A DNA stretch of 64,000 nucleotides from a virus. Shown piece after piece: positions 1-10,474 of this stretch. The DNA lies in IMG/VR virus record IMGVR_UViG_3300042371_000472, positions 28,483 to 92,482 of that record. One strand, given 5' to 3'. The first letter of the stretch is position 1. The number at the start of each line of letters is the position of its first letter. Below the pieces are notes generated by a model. The model saw only the letters and a list, made by a program, of their open reading frames with translations. It did not search any database and was not told where the DNA came from. Made by a program: the position numbers and the translations under genes.

Positions 1-124
1 ATAAGGGCATTGACCCCACATCGGGACGACGCCGTGTAAGTATTCTTCCACCGCGTCAAGAAATGGTCGGCGTAGAAGCATCAATTTTAGCCGAACAACT
101 CGGATTACCTAAGGATTAACCCCA

Positions 125-1798
125 ATGCCCGTTGACTTTTGGTCACCATCCTATAGAGCATCATCCAGCGACCTCACGGTCTCTATCTCGCCTTTGGGCT
201 TGGTGGAGTTAGCCGATGAGGAATTTGAAGTACATGGACCGCGCCTAAACCGCTATTCATCGTGCTGGGCATGGTACCTCGGTCACCACTGGTCCTACCG
301 CCGTGAGATGGGCGAACAGAACATCACAATGAATTACATCCGCACCATGTCGGATTACATCACTAACTTCTGTTTTGGTAAAGGCATTCAGTTCAAAACG
401 CCAGAACAGAACGCCGCCATTATTCCCCATTTGTTACAAACAGTATGGGAACAACATAACTCTAAGCACTATGTCTTATGGGAAATGGGTCAGTTGGCTG
501 GTGTAACTGGTGACTGCTTTGTCAAGGTCGCTTACGAAGAACCTTTTGTTGACTCCGCTGGCATCACTCACGCTGGTCGTATTCGCGTTATTCCGCTAAA
601 CCCAGCACACTGTTTCCCTGAGTACCACCCACACGACCGTGACCGTATCTTGCGGTTTAAGTTAAAGTACCGCTTTTGGGGTACCAGCCCTGAGGGCACC
701 CGTCAGGTGTATACCTTTACTGAAATCTTGACTGAGGATTCTGTAGAGCAGTACATCAATGATGAATTGATTGACCAATACGATAATGCTATTGGTATTA
801 TTCCTATCATTCATATCCCTAACATGACCATTTCGTCATCGCCATGGGGTCATTCGGACATCTGGGACATCATCTCGCTCAACCGCGAACTGAATGAAAA
901 GATGACTGAAGTATCAGACATTATTAACTACCACGCCGCACCAGTCACTATCATCACTGGCGCCAAGGCAAGCCAGTTAGAGCGCGGACCTAAAAAGGTT
1001 TGGGCTGGTCTTCCTAAGGACGCCAATGTATTCAACCTTGAATCCAGCGGAAACATGGCTGGTGCATTGGAATACATCCAGTTTATTAAGCGCGCCATGC
1101 ACGAAATCACTGGTGTACCTGAGACAGCCTTAGGTCAGTTCCAACCAGTATCTAATACATCAGGCGTGGCATTGGCTATTCAGTACCAGCCAATGATGAA
1201 TAAGTACAACCAAAAGAAGATTCACTTCACTAAGGGTCTAGAGAAGATCAACGAAGTAATCATCCGTACTGCGGCTGTATTTGAACCTCAGATGCTTCAG
1301 TACAACCCAAGCCTTGGGGCAATGCCCGAGCCTGATCAGGCGTATGCGCTTGACCCTGCTGACCCGCTTACCTACCAGACCCAAGTTCACTGGCCTGAGC
1401 CATTGCCTGTTGATGTTCTTATCAAACTTAACGAAGTTCAAGCCAAGATGGCTCTTGGCTTAGAGTCCAAGGAAGGCGCATTGCGCGCTCTTGGTGAAGA
1501 GTTCCCCCGTGAGAAATTGCTTGAAATCTTTGAGGAATTGCGTGACGACTCCTTGGACCAAGGTGCGTTAGATATGGTGCGCGCTCAAATACAGCAGGCA
1601 GTAATGATTACTACTGGTATTTTCCCCGGACAAGGTGGAGAGAATAGTGTAGTATCTGGTGGTGAAAACACAGCCGAAGGACAAGCAGGTCCTCCTATGG
1701 GAGGTATCGGTGACGCCGAAGGACAGATGATTAACAACATAATCCAACGAGCATACGGAGCAAGGCTTGCCCAGCGTCGTGTGCCCGACGAAGAATAA
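125..1798 (+). CDS. Portal protein (SPP1 gp6-like)
   Basis: 557 aa, first gene of the head module; portal-like motifs (IPIIHIPN, SDIWDIISLNRELN, SGVALAIQYQP); precedes scaffold and capsid. Confidence 0.88.
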   Translation: MPVDFWSPSYRASSSDLTVSISPLGLVELADEEFEVHGPRLNRYSSCWAWYLGHHWSYRREMGEQNITMNYIRTMSDYITNFCFGKGIQFKTPEQNAAIIPHLLQTVWEQHNSKHYVLWEMGQLAGVTGDCFVKVAYEEPFVDSAGITHAGRIRVIPLNPAHCFPEYHPHDRDRILRFKLKYRFWGTSPEGTRQVYTFTEILTEDSVEQYINDELIDQYDNAIGIIPIIHIPNMTISSSPWGHSDIWDIISLNRELNEKMTEVSDIINYHAAPVTIITGAKASQLERGPKKVWAGLPKDANVFNLESSGNMAGALEYIQFIKRAMHEITGVPETALGQFQPVSNTSGVALAIQYQPMMNKYNQKKIHFTKGLEKINEVIIRTAAVFEPQMLQYNPSLGAMPEPDQAYALDPADPLTYQTQVHWPEPLPVDVLIKLNEVQAKMALGLESKEGALRALGEEFPREKLLEIFEELRDDSLDQGALDMVRAQIQQAVMITTGIFPGQGGENSVVSGGENTAEGQAGPPMGGIGDAEGQMINNIIQRAYGARLAQRRVPDEE

Positions 1799-1851
1799 AA
1801 CCGTTATTTAACAATTGCTAATAAAAGCCCAACAACAAAGAGGTAAGGAAA

Positions 1852-2637
1852 ATGAGTAACGCCTTTAATGGTGACGGGATTATGATCCCCGTTGAAAGCA
1901 CATCCCAAGAACAGCAGGCCCCTAAGACTGAGGGTCGCGTGTTCACTGAGACTGAGGTTGAAGCAATTCGCCGTCAGGAGAAGGACAAGTTGTACCGACG
2001 CGTTGAAGACGCTGACGGTCGTGTCAAGACCCTTGAGGAGCAATTGAGCATCATCGCTCAGGAGCGCGAAGCCGCTCGCAAAGAAGCCGATGAGCGCGCC
2101 AAGACTGAGGCTGAAATCCTCCGCCAGCGCGAAATCCAAGAACTCAGCGCAAAAGAACTCCTCGCCAAGCGCGAAGATGAATTCAACCAGCGCATTAATC
2201 AGGTTGAGCAGGAATGGCGTTCCAAGTTTGAAGACATGGAACAACAGCGCCAAGTGCAGGAAGCGCTTCTTGAAAAAGAACGACGCATCCAGCAGATTGA
2301 TTCTTACCGTCAGCGCCGTTTGGCGGAAGAGCAAGAAACAATTATCCCGGAATTGATTGACCTCATTGCGGGTAATAGTGAAGAAGATATTGAAAACAGT
2401 ATTGCAGTACTTCGTGATCGGAGTAGTGCTATAATTGAATCAATCCAACAGGCGACCTCACAAAGTGGTCGTCTGCGGGGACCGCAGGTAACTGCGCCCC
2501 CGACTGGGCCAATGGACAACCAACAGGAATACCAAACGATGTCTGCGGATGATATCCGTAATATGCCGATGGATCAGTACACGAAAATGCGCGAACGGCT
2601 CATGCAAGCGACTCGGACCTCCCGAGGCCGTTTCTAA
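1852..2637 (+). CDS. Capsid scaffolding protein
   Basis: E/R/Q-rich coiled coil with FTETEVEAIR..EKDKLY N-terminal motif; lies between portal and MCP. Confidence 0.8.
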   Translation: MSNAFNGDGIMIPVESTSQEQQAPKTEGRVFTETEVEAIRRQEKDKLYRRVEDADGRVKTLEEQLSIIAQEREAARKEADERAKTEAEILRQREIQELSAKELLAKREDEFNQRINQVEQEWRSKFEDMEQQRQVQEALLEKERRIQQIDSYRQRRLAEEQETIIPELIDLIAGNSEEDIENSIAVLRDRSSAIIESIQQATSQSGRLRGPQVTAPPTGPMDNQQEYQTMSADDIRNMPMDQYTKMRERLMQATRTSRGRF

Positions 2638-2680
2638 AACCAAATAACCCAACAACTAACTATCCACGGAGGATATTAAA

Positions 2681-3790
2681 ATGGCCCTTCCCGCCCCAGT
2701 AGGAGGTGCGATTACCGGAGCAGGTCTTGGTTCAATTACCACGACCGGTTACTCCAGTGACGCAACTCTTTCCCCAGCAATTCAACAGATTTGGTCCAAG
2801 GAAATCTTGTTCCAAGCCATGCCCGTCCTGCGTTTTGAGCAGTTCGCCGTGAAGAAGACGGAACTCGGTGTTCAGCCGGGTTTAACCATCAACTTCATGC
2901 GCTACAACAACCTCAGCGTAAACGAGGACTCAGGCGCAAACCTTACTGAAGGTGTGCGTATGGAGCCGGTTTCGCTGACCGCTAGCCAGATTCAGATCAC
3001 CGTATCTGAAAACGGTCAGGCTGTCGCCGTTACCGAATTGTTGCTCAATGCATCGTTTGACGATGTTATGGCTTCCTCGTCACGCTTGCTCGGTCGCCAC
3101 ATGGCACAAAGCATGGACACCCAAGCCCGTAACACCTTGTACAAGGCTGGCGTTCCCTTCGGTGGCGGCTCTGCTGTTGCTCCGTCGGTCGTCTTCGGTC
3201 GCACCGCCGCTTCGGCTCGTGGCGCACTCAGCCCGTACGACTCGGGTACCCTCGGTACCGCTTCTGCACCTGGCTACCTCTCGCCTGCATCCATCAAGGA
3301 CGCAGTTGAAGTTCTCGCTGGTCAGAACATCCCGCGTTTGGGCGACACCTATGTCTGCTTCGTTCACCCATCACAGAGCCGCTCGCTCCGCGACTGGCCC
3401 GAGTTTATTGAAGTCACGAAGTACGCCGCACCTGGCAACTTCATGCTCGGTGAAATCGGTCGTATCTACGATGTCGTGTTCATTGAAACCACACAGGTCA
3501 AGAAGGGCTTGGACGCAACTGCGTCTGGCGCTCCGTTGTACGAACTTGGCGCAACCTTGGACAGCAACGCTTCGGCGGGCTACCAGGAAAACGCTGACGC
3601 TTACAACGCCATCATGATCGGTGACAACGCATTTGGTCACGCCATTGCATTGCCAGTGGAACTCCGTGACGGTGGTGTCATTGACTTCGGTCGTGAACAC
3701 GGCTTGGCTTGGTACGCAATTTGGGGCTTCGGAGTTATCACTCACGAATCCCGCGTTATCTTGAACACCCTCGGTGGCTCAATCGCCTGA
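2681..3790 (+). CDS. Major capsid protein (N4-gp56-like family)
   Basis: 369 aa; motifs LRFEQFA, LTEGV, YVCFVHP, GEIGRIYDVVFIET, DFGREHGLAWY; strong GGAGG RBS and biased codon usage. Confidence 0.92.
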   Translation: MALPAPVGGAITGAGLGSITTTGYSSDATLSPAIQQIWSKEILFQAMPVLRFEQFAVKKTELGVQPGLTINFMRYNNLSVNEDSGANLTEGVRMEPVSLTASQIQITVSENGQAVAVTELLLNASFDDVMASSSRLLGRHMAQSMDTQARNTLYKAGVPFGGGSAVAPSVVFGRTAASARGALSPYDSGTLGTASAPGYLSPASIKDAVEVLAGQNIPRLGDTYVCFVHPSQSRSLRDWPEFIEVTKYAAPGNFMLGEIGRIYDVVFIETTQVKKGLDATASGAPLYELGATLDSNASAGYQENADAYNAIMIGDNAFGHAIALPVELRDGGVIDFGREHGLAWYAIWGFGVITHESRVILNTLGGSIA

Positions 3791-3814
3791 TCCCCTGGAT
3801 CAGTCTAGTGTTGG

Positions 3815-3848
3815 TGGTGGGGGAGAAATCCCCCACCATTAATAATTT
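3815..3848 (+). terminator. Probable intrinsic terminator after MCP
   Basis: TGGTGGGGGA-GAAA-TCCCCCACCA perfect 10-bp stem with GNRA loop, followed by TTAATAATTT. Confidence 0.7.
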
Positions 3849-3874
3849 CACACAACAAACAATAGGAGAAAAAC

Positions 3875-4144
3875 ATGGCATCGCGTAAAGATACGATGGC
3901 TTTTGCAGAACAACAAGATGACATTGATGAAGCAGTGGAAGTCTTGGAAGAAACCCCTAAGGCTGTCACTGAGTCTAAGGCCAGCGCACAGGCAAGTGAT
4001 TTTGTCACTGCTCGCGTTAAAGGTACATGGAAAATGTACTGGGGCCGTAGCACCTTTGATTTCGTAGACGGTAAGCGTTACAAACTCCCACGCGACCTCT
4101 ACAACTACCTCGTACAGCACTCAAACATCTACGACACCCTCTGA
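3875..4144 (+). CDS. Small head-associated hypothetical protein
   Basis: 89 aa with AGGAG RBS, directly after MCP. Confidence 0.65.
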   Translation: MASRKDTMAFAEQQDDIDEAVEVLEETPKAVTESKASAQASDFVTARVKGTWKMYWGRSTFDFVDGKRYKLPRDLYNYLVQHSNIYDTL

Positions 4145-4152
4145 GGTAACTA

Positions 4153-5565
4153 ATGGCACTGATCGTCCCCAACGCTACTGCGACAGGGTCTTCCAACAAG
4201 TACTCAAACATCAACCAAGCCGAACCCGACTCGGTTGACTTTGAAGCACTTGGAAATACCCTGAACTATATTCGCAGTGGCGGTGGGGTTACGGTCGCAG
4301 GTGGCACCACAGTAAGTGTTGCCGCTGGTGTAGCCATTATTAATGGAGTGCCATATTCTTTTGATGCGCTTTCTTTTAACCCCGCCGACGCAACCGCCAC
4401 GCGGTTTGACCTTATTGTGGTTCGTCTGTCAGGAAGTACCGCCACACTTACGCTGGTATCGGGTGCTGAGAATGATACTAACCCTACGCTTCCACAGAGT
4501 ACTAACACTCTCGCTAGTGGGACTACTCCCTTAGTTGGCTCTAACTACTATCCAAGTACCGATGCCTTAATTTGCTCTGTATACCGCATTCCATCAGGAA
4601 CTTTAACTGATGCAAATATCGTGGATAAGCGCGTTTTAAACTCAGCGCCTGTCACTTACACTACTGCGTCTGCCCCTACATCTAATGCTAAGGATGTCAT
4701 TGGAGATACTGTTATTTCTGGTGGCGTTACTTACATTAAAACTGCCGCCCTTACTTGGGCGACATTATCCACAAGTGCTGATGTTGAGGGAGCAAAGATT
4801 CCCATTGGTGGCATTTTTGCCTTTGCTGGTACGCATAACACCACCGCATCCCCTAATGCCGCTTTTTACCTTGAATGTAATGGTCAGTCTCTCTCTAAGA
4901 GCGCCAACTCAAACCAATACTTACCATTGTTTAACGCAATTGGTTATTCGTTTGGTGGTAGTGGTGACTCATTTACGCTACCAAACCTAGTTGCTGATAC
5001 TGGTGTAGTTGGTGCAACTGCGGCACAAATTAACACAGATGGCAAGACAGCCAGTTCAGCAAATACGGCTACCTTAAGTCTGTCTACACTTCCTGCTCAT
5101 ACCCACACACATAGCACCTTAGTTGGAGAGAAGTCTGGAACAACAAGTTTTGGTACTAAGACTGGTTACCCCTCAACTGCCACTACCTTGACTGGTTCTG
5201 TTACTGGTACATCCCACAGTCATTACACCTCCGATGGTCAGTCGGCACCTAATCGCGCATTCCCTGTAAGTATTACAAATGCTTACCCAACTGATGGCTA
5301 TGTTATACCTCCGTATAGCCAACAGGGTGGTAACGGTATGGCTATTAAGGCAACTGCTGATACAGTTACTGGTAGTTCTAGTACTGGTGGTACAGCATCA
5401 ATTACTATTCCTACAAACCTTGCAGTAAATACTAATATTGGTAGTACAACTACTACTATTGATGTGGGTACTGTTGCGGGTACTACGAATAGTACTGGTT
5501 CCACTAGTGCATTCAGTATCCTTTCTAAGAGCATCCGTGTTCGCTGGTTTATTCGCCACACATGA
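4153..5565 (+). CDS. Fiber/whisker-like virion protein with phage tail-collar domain
   Basis: Collar motif PIGGIFAFAG..LECNGQ..YLPLFNAIG.SFGG.GDSFTLPNL; T/S/G-rich with HTH(T)H repeats. Confidence 0.75.
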   Translation: MALIVPNATATGSSNKYSNINQAEPDSVDFEALGNTLNYIRSGGGVTVAGGTTVSVAAGVAIINGVPYSFDALSFNPADATATRFDLIVVRLSGSTATLTLVSGAENDTNPTLPQSTNTLASGTTPLVGSNYYPSTDALICSVYRIPSGTLTDANIVDKRVLNSAPVTYTTASAPTSNAKDVIGDTVISGGVTYIKTAALTWATLSTSADVEGAKIPIGGIFAFAGTHNTTASPNAAFYLECNGQSLSKSANSNQYLPLFNAIGYSFGGSGDSFTLPNLVADTGVVGATAAQINTDGKTASSANTATLSLSTLPAHTHTHSTLVGEKSGTTSFGTKTGYPSTATTLTGSVTGTSHSHYTSDGQSAPNRAFPVSITNAYPTDGYVIPPYSQQGGNGMAIKATADTVTGSSSTGGTASITIPTNLAVNTNIGSTTTTIDVGTVAGTTNSTGSTSAFSILSKSIRVRWFIRHT

Positions 5566-5717
5566 GTGACACACCGATTGAACCAGTTGAAAATGTACCC
5601 GCGGAGCAGATCATTCTGAAGCGCGGTTTTATGGTTCACCGACTTAGAGATACTCAACCAGGAGTTAACCAGGCCGCACAAGACTCAATTCCGGGAGCAG
5701 GCTCCGGCGATCAATAG
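5562..5717 (+). CDS. Small hypothetical protein (51 aa, MSDTPIEPVENV...)
   Basis: ATGA overlap with the upstream stop and fills the gap; below the ORF-track cutoff, translated by hand. Confidence 0.6.
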   Translation: MSDTPIEPVENVPAEQIILKRGFMVHRLRDTQPGVNQAAQDSIPGAGSGDQ

Positions 5718-5731
5718 TAAGATAGGGATTC

Positions 5732-6532
5732 ATGGCAACTATTAAAGATATTGAGGAAATTGCAAGAACCTATCTACGAGATTTCCCGAAGTTCTTTCAG
5801 GTATCTTTTCCCGTCGTAGGTCGCACATATGAGTTGGGTCATATCAACCTTGATACCAGCAGTATTTGGGTTGCCAAGCACTCGGGGTCAGGCTCTGCCT
5901 CAACCCTGGCTCCTTCCGACTATACGATTGACCCCCGTAATGGTGTGCTCCGACTCGCTAGTACTTTGCCCTCAGGAACAAACTTGCTTGTTGAGGGTTA
6001 CTACTACGAATGGGTTACACCCACCGATCTTAGTTTTTATACTAAACATGCCGTTGAAAAGCACCTAGTAAATACTGGTATTGGTATTGAAGAATTAGCC
6101 CCTGTTGTTATCAATGCAATTGGCATCGCCGCAATCTGTGAATCTTTATGGGCATTGATGACCGAGTTCAGTCGTGACATTGATGTCATGACCTCAGAAT
6201 CAATCCATATCCCAGCCAGTCAGCGTTTCCGCATGGTACAAGGACTCCTTGCCCAGTGGGAAGAGGAGTACAAGCGCCACGCCGTCGCTCTTAACATTGG
6301 TTATGACCGCATGGAGGTGTTCACCCTTCGCCGTACTTCCCGCAGTACTAACTTCCTTGTTCCTCTGTACCGCGCTCGTGAACTTGGGGACTACACAATG
6401 CCTGAACGCCTATGGCCCACTATTGACGCAGGTATCGTGGAGCATGAAATCAAGGAAGAAGAACTCCGTACAGATGTTCTTATTGATGGCGCTATTCCTA
6501 CCGGATCATTCTCTAACATTTCGTATTTCTGA
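5732..6532 (+). CDS. Head-tail adaptor / neck protein
   Basis: Position between head and sheath genes; DYTIDPRNGVL beta motif. Confidence 0.6.
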   Translation: MATIKDIEEIARTYLRDFPKFFQVSFPVVGRTYELGHINLDTSSIWVAKHSGSGSASTLAPSDYTIDPRNGVLRLASTLPSGTNLLVEGYYYEWVTPTDLSFYTKHAVEKHLVNTGIGIEELAPVVINAIGIAAICESLWALMTEFSRDIDVMTSESIHIPASQRFRMVQGLLAQWEEEYKRHAVALNIGYDRMEVFTLRRTSRSTNFLVPLYRARELGDYTMPERLWPTIDAGIVEHEIKEEELRTDVLIDGAIPTGSFSNISYF

Positions 6533-6534
6533 TT

Positions 6535-7074
6535 ATGGATGTCCGCAGAGAGTTATCCATAATTAGGAAGCATTACCGCTCGTACCATGATCAGGCTGGA
6601 GAGTCCATCGTATGGCACGAGTTTATACCGCTAGGTAACAGTGCCTCGGCTTCTAGCCTCTATGACGATGTCTATGATGAGGGCACCTACGGTAATGGTG
6701 GTCGGCGCTACAAAACTGGCGTAGTCGTCCCAGTCCTAATGATTACTGAATCTGAGGACCAAAAGCGCGCTATTCCTGAAGGTCGTCAGCCTACTCAATT
6801 GACTAACTTCGTGGCGTCTATTGATGACTTCCGAGCCGCTGGTATTACTGCTCCTTGGGAATATCAGAACCGCTTGAACGACATGTTCCAGTATGACGGT
6901 CGCTACTTCAGCGTGGTGTCTTACCGAGTCCGTGGTCGCGCCCGAGATGATGTCATGCTCGTCGTTGAGGGTATTGAGACCTACATCTCACAGGAAATGG
7001 TCAATGATCCAGGTCCTACCCCTTATTCAATTTCTGACCTTCCTTGGCCTACATCAATAGCAAATTTAGGATAA
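6535..7074 (+). CDS. Head-tail stopper / neck protein
   Basis: Position; DMFQYDGRYFSV motif typical of stopper proteins. Confidence 0.55.
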   Translation: MDVRRELSIIRKHYRSYHDQAGESIVWHEFIPLGNSASASSLYDDVYDEGTYGNGGRRYKTGVVVPVLMITESEDQKRAIPEGRQPTQLTNFVASIDDFRAAGITAPWEYQNRLNDMFQYDGRYFSVVSYRVRGRARDDVMLVVEGIETYISQEMVNDPGPTPYSISDLPWPTSIANLG

Positions 7075-7137
7075 AATACATGTATTGGAGATGCGCGTCT
7101 TCAATGTACATTGCCTAGATTCTCAAAGGAGGTAGTT

Positions 7138-7548
7138 ATGTCTTTCTATACCTTTGGCATCAAATCTATGGCTTATAGGGACTCATTAATCCCTATCTCT
7201 GATGATGATCCGGTTGTTCAGATGATCCAAGCCTTTGAGGGTAAGGATAACAAGTTTAGTAAAGCCGTTACAAGTGGCATTAAAAAGTACGAAAAAGAAG
7301 CGCGTTCTAACCTGGCTACGCATGCCGAGTGGGCTGAAGTTGCCCCGCATCTTACAATTGACCTCTCTGCCGATGGGCAGTCGCTCTCATATTCCGTACA
7401 GGGTGGCTCCGAGATTGAGCAAAAGTATATGGAACTTGAGTACGGTGGTCCTAATAGTGGTGCTGGTGGTCGTGTTCGCTCTATGGCAAATAGCGGTGAT
7501 GTACTGGCTAAAATTATTGATAATGCCCTAGCCGAGGTCATGGAATGA
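7138..7548 (+). CDS. Tail completion / neck-type protein
   Basis: AAGGAGG RBS before ATG 7138; LEYGG motif reminiscent of HK97 gp10-like proteins. Confidence 0.45.
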   Translation: MSFYTFGIKSMAYRDSLIPISDDDPVVQMIQAFEGKDNKFSKAVTSGIKKYEKEARSNLATHAEWAEVAPHLTIDLSADGQSLSYSVQGGSEIEQKYMELEYGGPNSGAGGRVRSMANSGDVLAKIIDNALAEVME

Positions 7549-8225
7549 CTAACCCTGGATTCCTGTTGGCGGAAGACGCCGCTGTTAAGACCCGTTTCTC
7601 GGGTATGACCGTAACAGACGATAAAAATGCGGCACGACCCGTACAGGTGTTCTTCCGTTACCCTGAGGGTGACACAGAGCGTACCTACCCATTTATTACT
7701 ATTGAAATGATTGACATTGTCCATGCCTTGGACCGTCAGCATTCAGAAGTACAGTTATATGCCTCCACTAGCGGAGCCGCTTCTTTGCAATATACGGGTC
7801 CAAATGACCTTCAGTACTGGCCTAGTGAGCACCAAAACTTTACGCAATTTGCTGGCTCTGCACCTATGGTTACTACCACTGAATTTGTGCCAGTAGACAT
7901 CCTGTACCAGGTCTCCACCTACACCCGCTCTGCCTTACATGACCGCCAACTTAGTTCTCAAATGCTTCATAGTCGCGCCCGTTTGCGCTATGGCTTTATA
8001 GATGTTCCTGAGGATGGAACCATCCGCAGGTTTGATCTCCTTGATTGGGTTACAGCCGACCTCCTTGACCCGGAGGCTGGTTACCGAAAGAGGATATTTA
8101 GAAAAGTGTATACACTAAAAATGTCCGCAGAAATGACAACTACTAGTATGGTAGCCTCTAAGCGAGTTGCTACAATTAGTAGTAGTATTTCTGATAAGAA
8201 CTCCAACCTGACCGAAACCTATTAA
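7545..8225 (+). CDS. Tail terminator protein
   Basis: YPFITIE and PVDILYQV motifs; immediately upstream of the sheath gene. Confidence 0.65.
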   Translation: MTNPGFLLAEDAAVKTRFSGMTVTDDKNAARPVQVFFRYPEGDTERTYPFITIEMIDIVHALDRQHSEVQLYASTSGAASLQYTGPNDLQYWPSEHQNFTQFAGSAPMVTTTEFVPVDILYQVSTYTRSALHDRQLSSQMLHSRARLRYGFIDVPEDGTIRRFDLLDWVTADLLDPEAGYRKRIFRKVYTLKMSAEMTTTSMVASKRVATISSSISDKNSNLTETY

Positions 8226-8247
8226 TTAATCCACTGGAGGATTACTC

Positions 8248-9810
8248 ATGGCTTATACCCGCCCCGGAGTCTATGTAACAGAATCTCCGTTAAAGACAAT
8301 CGTACGAGCAGACAATGGAACCGCTACTGCGGCTTTTGTTGGCATTAACCCTCGTGGCCCGCTTACCCCAACATTGATTACCTCATGGTCTTCATACACC
8401 GCACAGTTCGGTGATCTGAACCAGGCGTATGACTTGGGTTATGCCGTGTACCAGTTCTTTGCCAATGGTGGTCGTGCTTGTTATGTATCACGCGCTGTCT
8501 ACGCTAATGCTGTTACCGCCACTGCTAGTTCGGTTATGTTCTACAAGCCAAATACTGCTGGCGCATCGGCATCGTTGTTTAACGCCACAGCCCTTGATCC
8601 AGGAACCTTTGGTAACAACATCTCATTGACAACCACTGCTGGTACCACATCTTTGGATGTGGCTACAAATACCTTCCCAACATTTAACTTGTCAGTGTCC
8701 TTGAATGGCGCAGAAGTTGAATCATGGAATGAACTCAGTCCATCACCAAGCAGTAGTCGTTACGCACCAACCGTTGTTAACACATACTCTTCATATGTAA
8801 ACATCACTAACTTTGCGGCACAAACATCAGCATCTGCTGGGTTTAGTTATAGCAACGCAAGCGTTTCTGGATTTATTACAAAGTCACTTACTGGTGGTAC
8901 TGAGGGTACTGCCGCCGCTGGAGAAACCGCACCTGCGGACTGGGACATCCCGTTCTCTGTTGCACTTAATAAGTTGGTTGATCTTCCTGAGCCTCTCATT
9001 ATTAATGCGGTCGGGCAGTTCCGTTCTGAAATTGTTAAGTCAGCACTTTCAGTTGCCCAGACCCGTGGTGATTCATTTGTAATTATTGATCCAGACCCCG
9101 CATTAACAACTCAGGTTGCTATCTCAGGAGTGGCTAACACTTATAACACTAATCAGGGTTATGGCGCAATGTACTACCCAATGTTGACAATGACTGACCC
9201 CACTAAGACTGGTGTCGGAGCAATTCGTAACACATTCCCAGGTGGTGCAGTCGCTGGTATGTTTGCCCGCACTGAAGTAGAGCGCACGGTTGCTAAGGCC
9301 CCCGCAGGTTATGGTCTTGAGGTTCGCAACGCTCTTGGTCTTGCTACTCCATTCTCGGAGTCAACAGTTGGTTTGCTGTATGAATCAGGTGTTAACACCT
9401 TTAAGGCAGTGCCTGGTGCTGGAATCATCATCCAAGGTGCCCGTACCTTGAACTTGACTAAGCCTGATAAGTACATCCCCGTGCGCCGTACCTTGAACTA
9501 TGTCAAGAATGGCTCAAAGGAACTTACTCAATTCGCAATCTTTGAACCCAACGATTCGCGCCTGTGGGCAGGCATCACTGGAAAACTCAATAAGTTCTTG
9601 AGTGACCTTTGGGGATCAGGTGGGCTTAAGGGTCGTACCCCAAGTGAGGCGTTCTATGTTGTGTGTGACTCCACAAATAACACATCAACATCTATTGATA
9701 ATGGACAAGTTAATATACAAATCGGTGTGTCATTGTTGTACCCAGCAGAATTTATTGTTATTAATGTAAGTCAATGGCTTGGTGGAAATACCACCATTGA
9801 AACTATCTAA
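8248..9810 (+). CDS. Tail sheath protein
   Basis: RPGVYVTE, FFANGG..CYVSR, VAKAPAG, FEPND and PAEFIVI motifs. Confidence 0.95.
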   Translation: MAYTRPGVYVTESPLKTIVRADNGTATAAFVGINPRGPLTPTLITSWSSYTAQFGDLNQAYDLGYAVYQFFANGGRACYVSRAVYANAVTATASSVMFYKPNTAGASASLFNATALDPGTFGNNISLTTTAGTTSLDVATNTFPTFNLSVSLNGAEVESWNELSPSPSSSRYAPTVVNTYSSYVNITNFAAQTSASAGFSYSNASVSGFITKSLTGGTEGTAAAGETAPADWDIPFSVALNKLVDLPEPLIINAVGQFRSEIVKSALSVAQTRGDSFVIIDPDPALTTQVAISGVANTYNTNQGYGAMYYPMLTMTDPTKTGVGAIRNTFPGGAVAGMFARTEVERTVAKAPAGYGLEVRNALGLATPFSESTVGLLYESGVNTFKAVPGAGIIIQGARTLNLTKPDKYIPVRRTLNYVKNGSKELTQFAIFEPNDSRLWAGITGKLNKFLSDLWGSGGLKGRTPSEAFYVVCDSTNNTSTSIDNGQVNIQIGVSLLYPAEFIVINVSQWLGGNTTIETI

Positions 9811-9818
9811 GGAGAAAC

Positions 9819-10421
9819 ATGGCAGTTTTAACTCGTACCGATCCATTGCGTGACTTTAAGTTCACGGTAAAAATTATCCCAACAGGGGAACTGGAATCCG
9901 CTACCACAGGTATCGGTAATCTTGGTTTTGCTGTTGTTACTGGTCTGAGCGTTACCAACGAAATGATCCCTTATCGTGAAGGTGGTATGAACACCCATCC
10001 GCACAAGATGATTGGTCAGTCAGACTTTAACCCCATTACCTTTAGTCGTGGTGTGTTTGAAAAGCAGGACCAATTGTGGCGCTGGCAACAATTCATGCAC
10101 TCATGGACCCAGGGTTCTCTTGCTGACAATACTGGTAGCACTGGCAGTCGTAATGACTACCGTTGTAACATTATTGTAACGGTTTATGACCACCCGTATT
10201 CGGCGGCTATTGCAGAGGGCGGTAACGCTGGTTACGCAATTGACCCAGGTTCGGCTGGGCGCAATGTTGTTCCTGGTAATAAGAAACTTGAATTCACAAT
10301 CTATAACGCATGGCCCGCTGGCTTTGCATTGGGTGACCTCAACGCTGGTAACAGTTCAATCATGATCCAACAGATGACGGTTAACCATGAAGGTTTTGAA
10401 ATTGACTGGGACCCAACCTGA
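9819..10421 (+). CDS. Tail tube protein (T4 gp19-like)
   Basis: DPLRDFKF, YREGG, ITFSRG and NAWP motifs. Confidence 0.92.
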   Translation: MAVLTRTDPLRDFKFTVKIIPTGELESATTGIGNLGFAVVTGLSVTNEMIPYREGGMNTHPHKMIGQSDFNPITFSRGVFEKQDQLWRWQQFMHSWTQGSLADNTGSTGSRNDYRCNIIVTVYDHPYSAAIAEGGNAGYAIDPGSAGRNVVPGNKKLEFTIYNAWPAGFALGDLNAGNSSIMIQQMTVNHEGFEIDWDPT

Positions 10422-10474
10422 CACACAACACCTATTAGGGTGCTACATTAGAAGTAAGTAATAAGGAGCATTAC

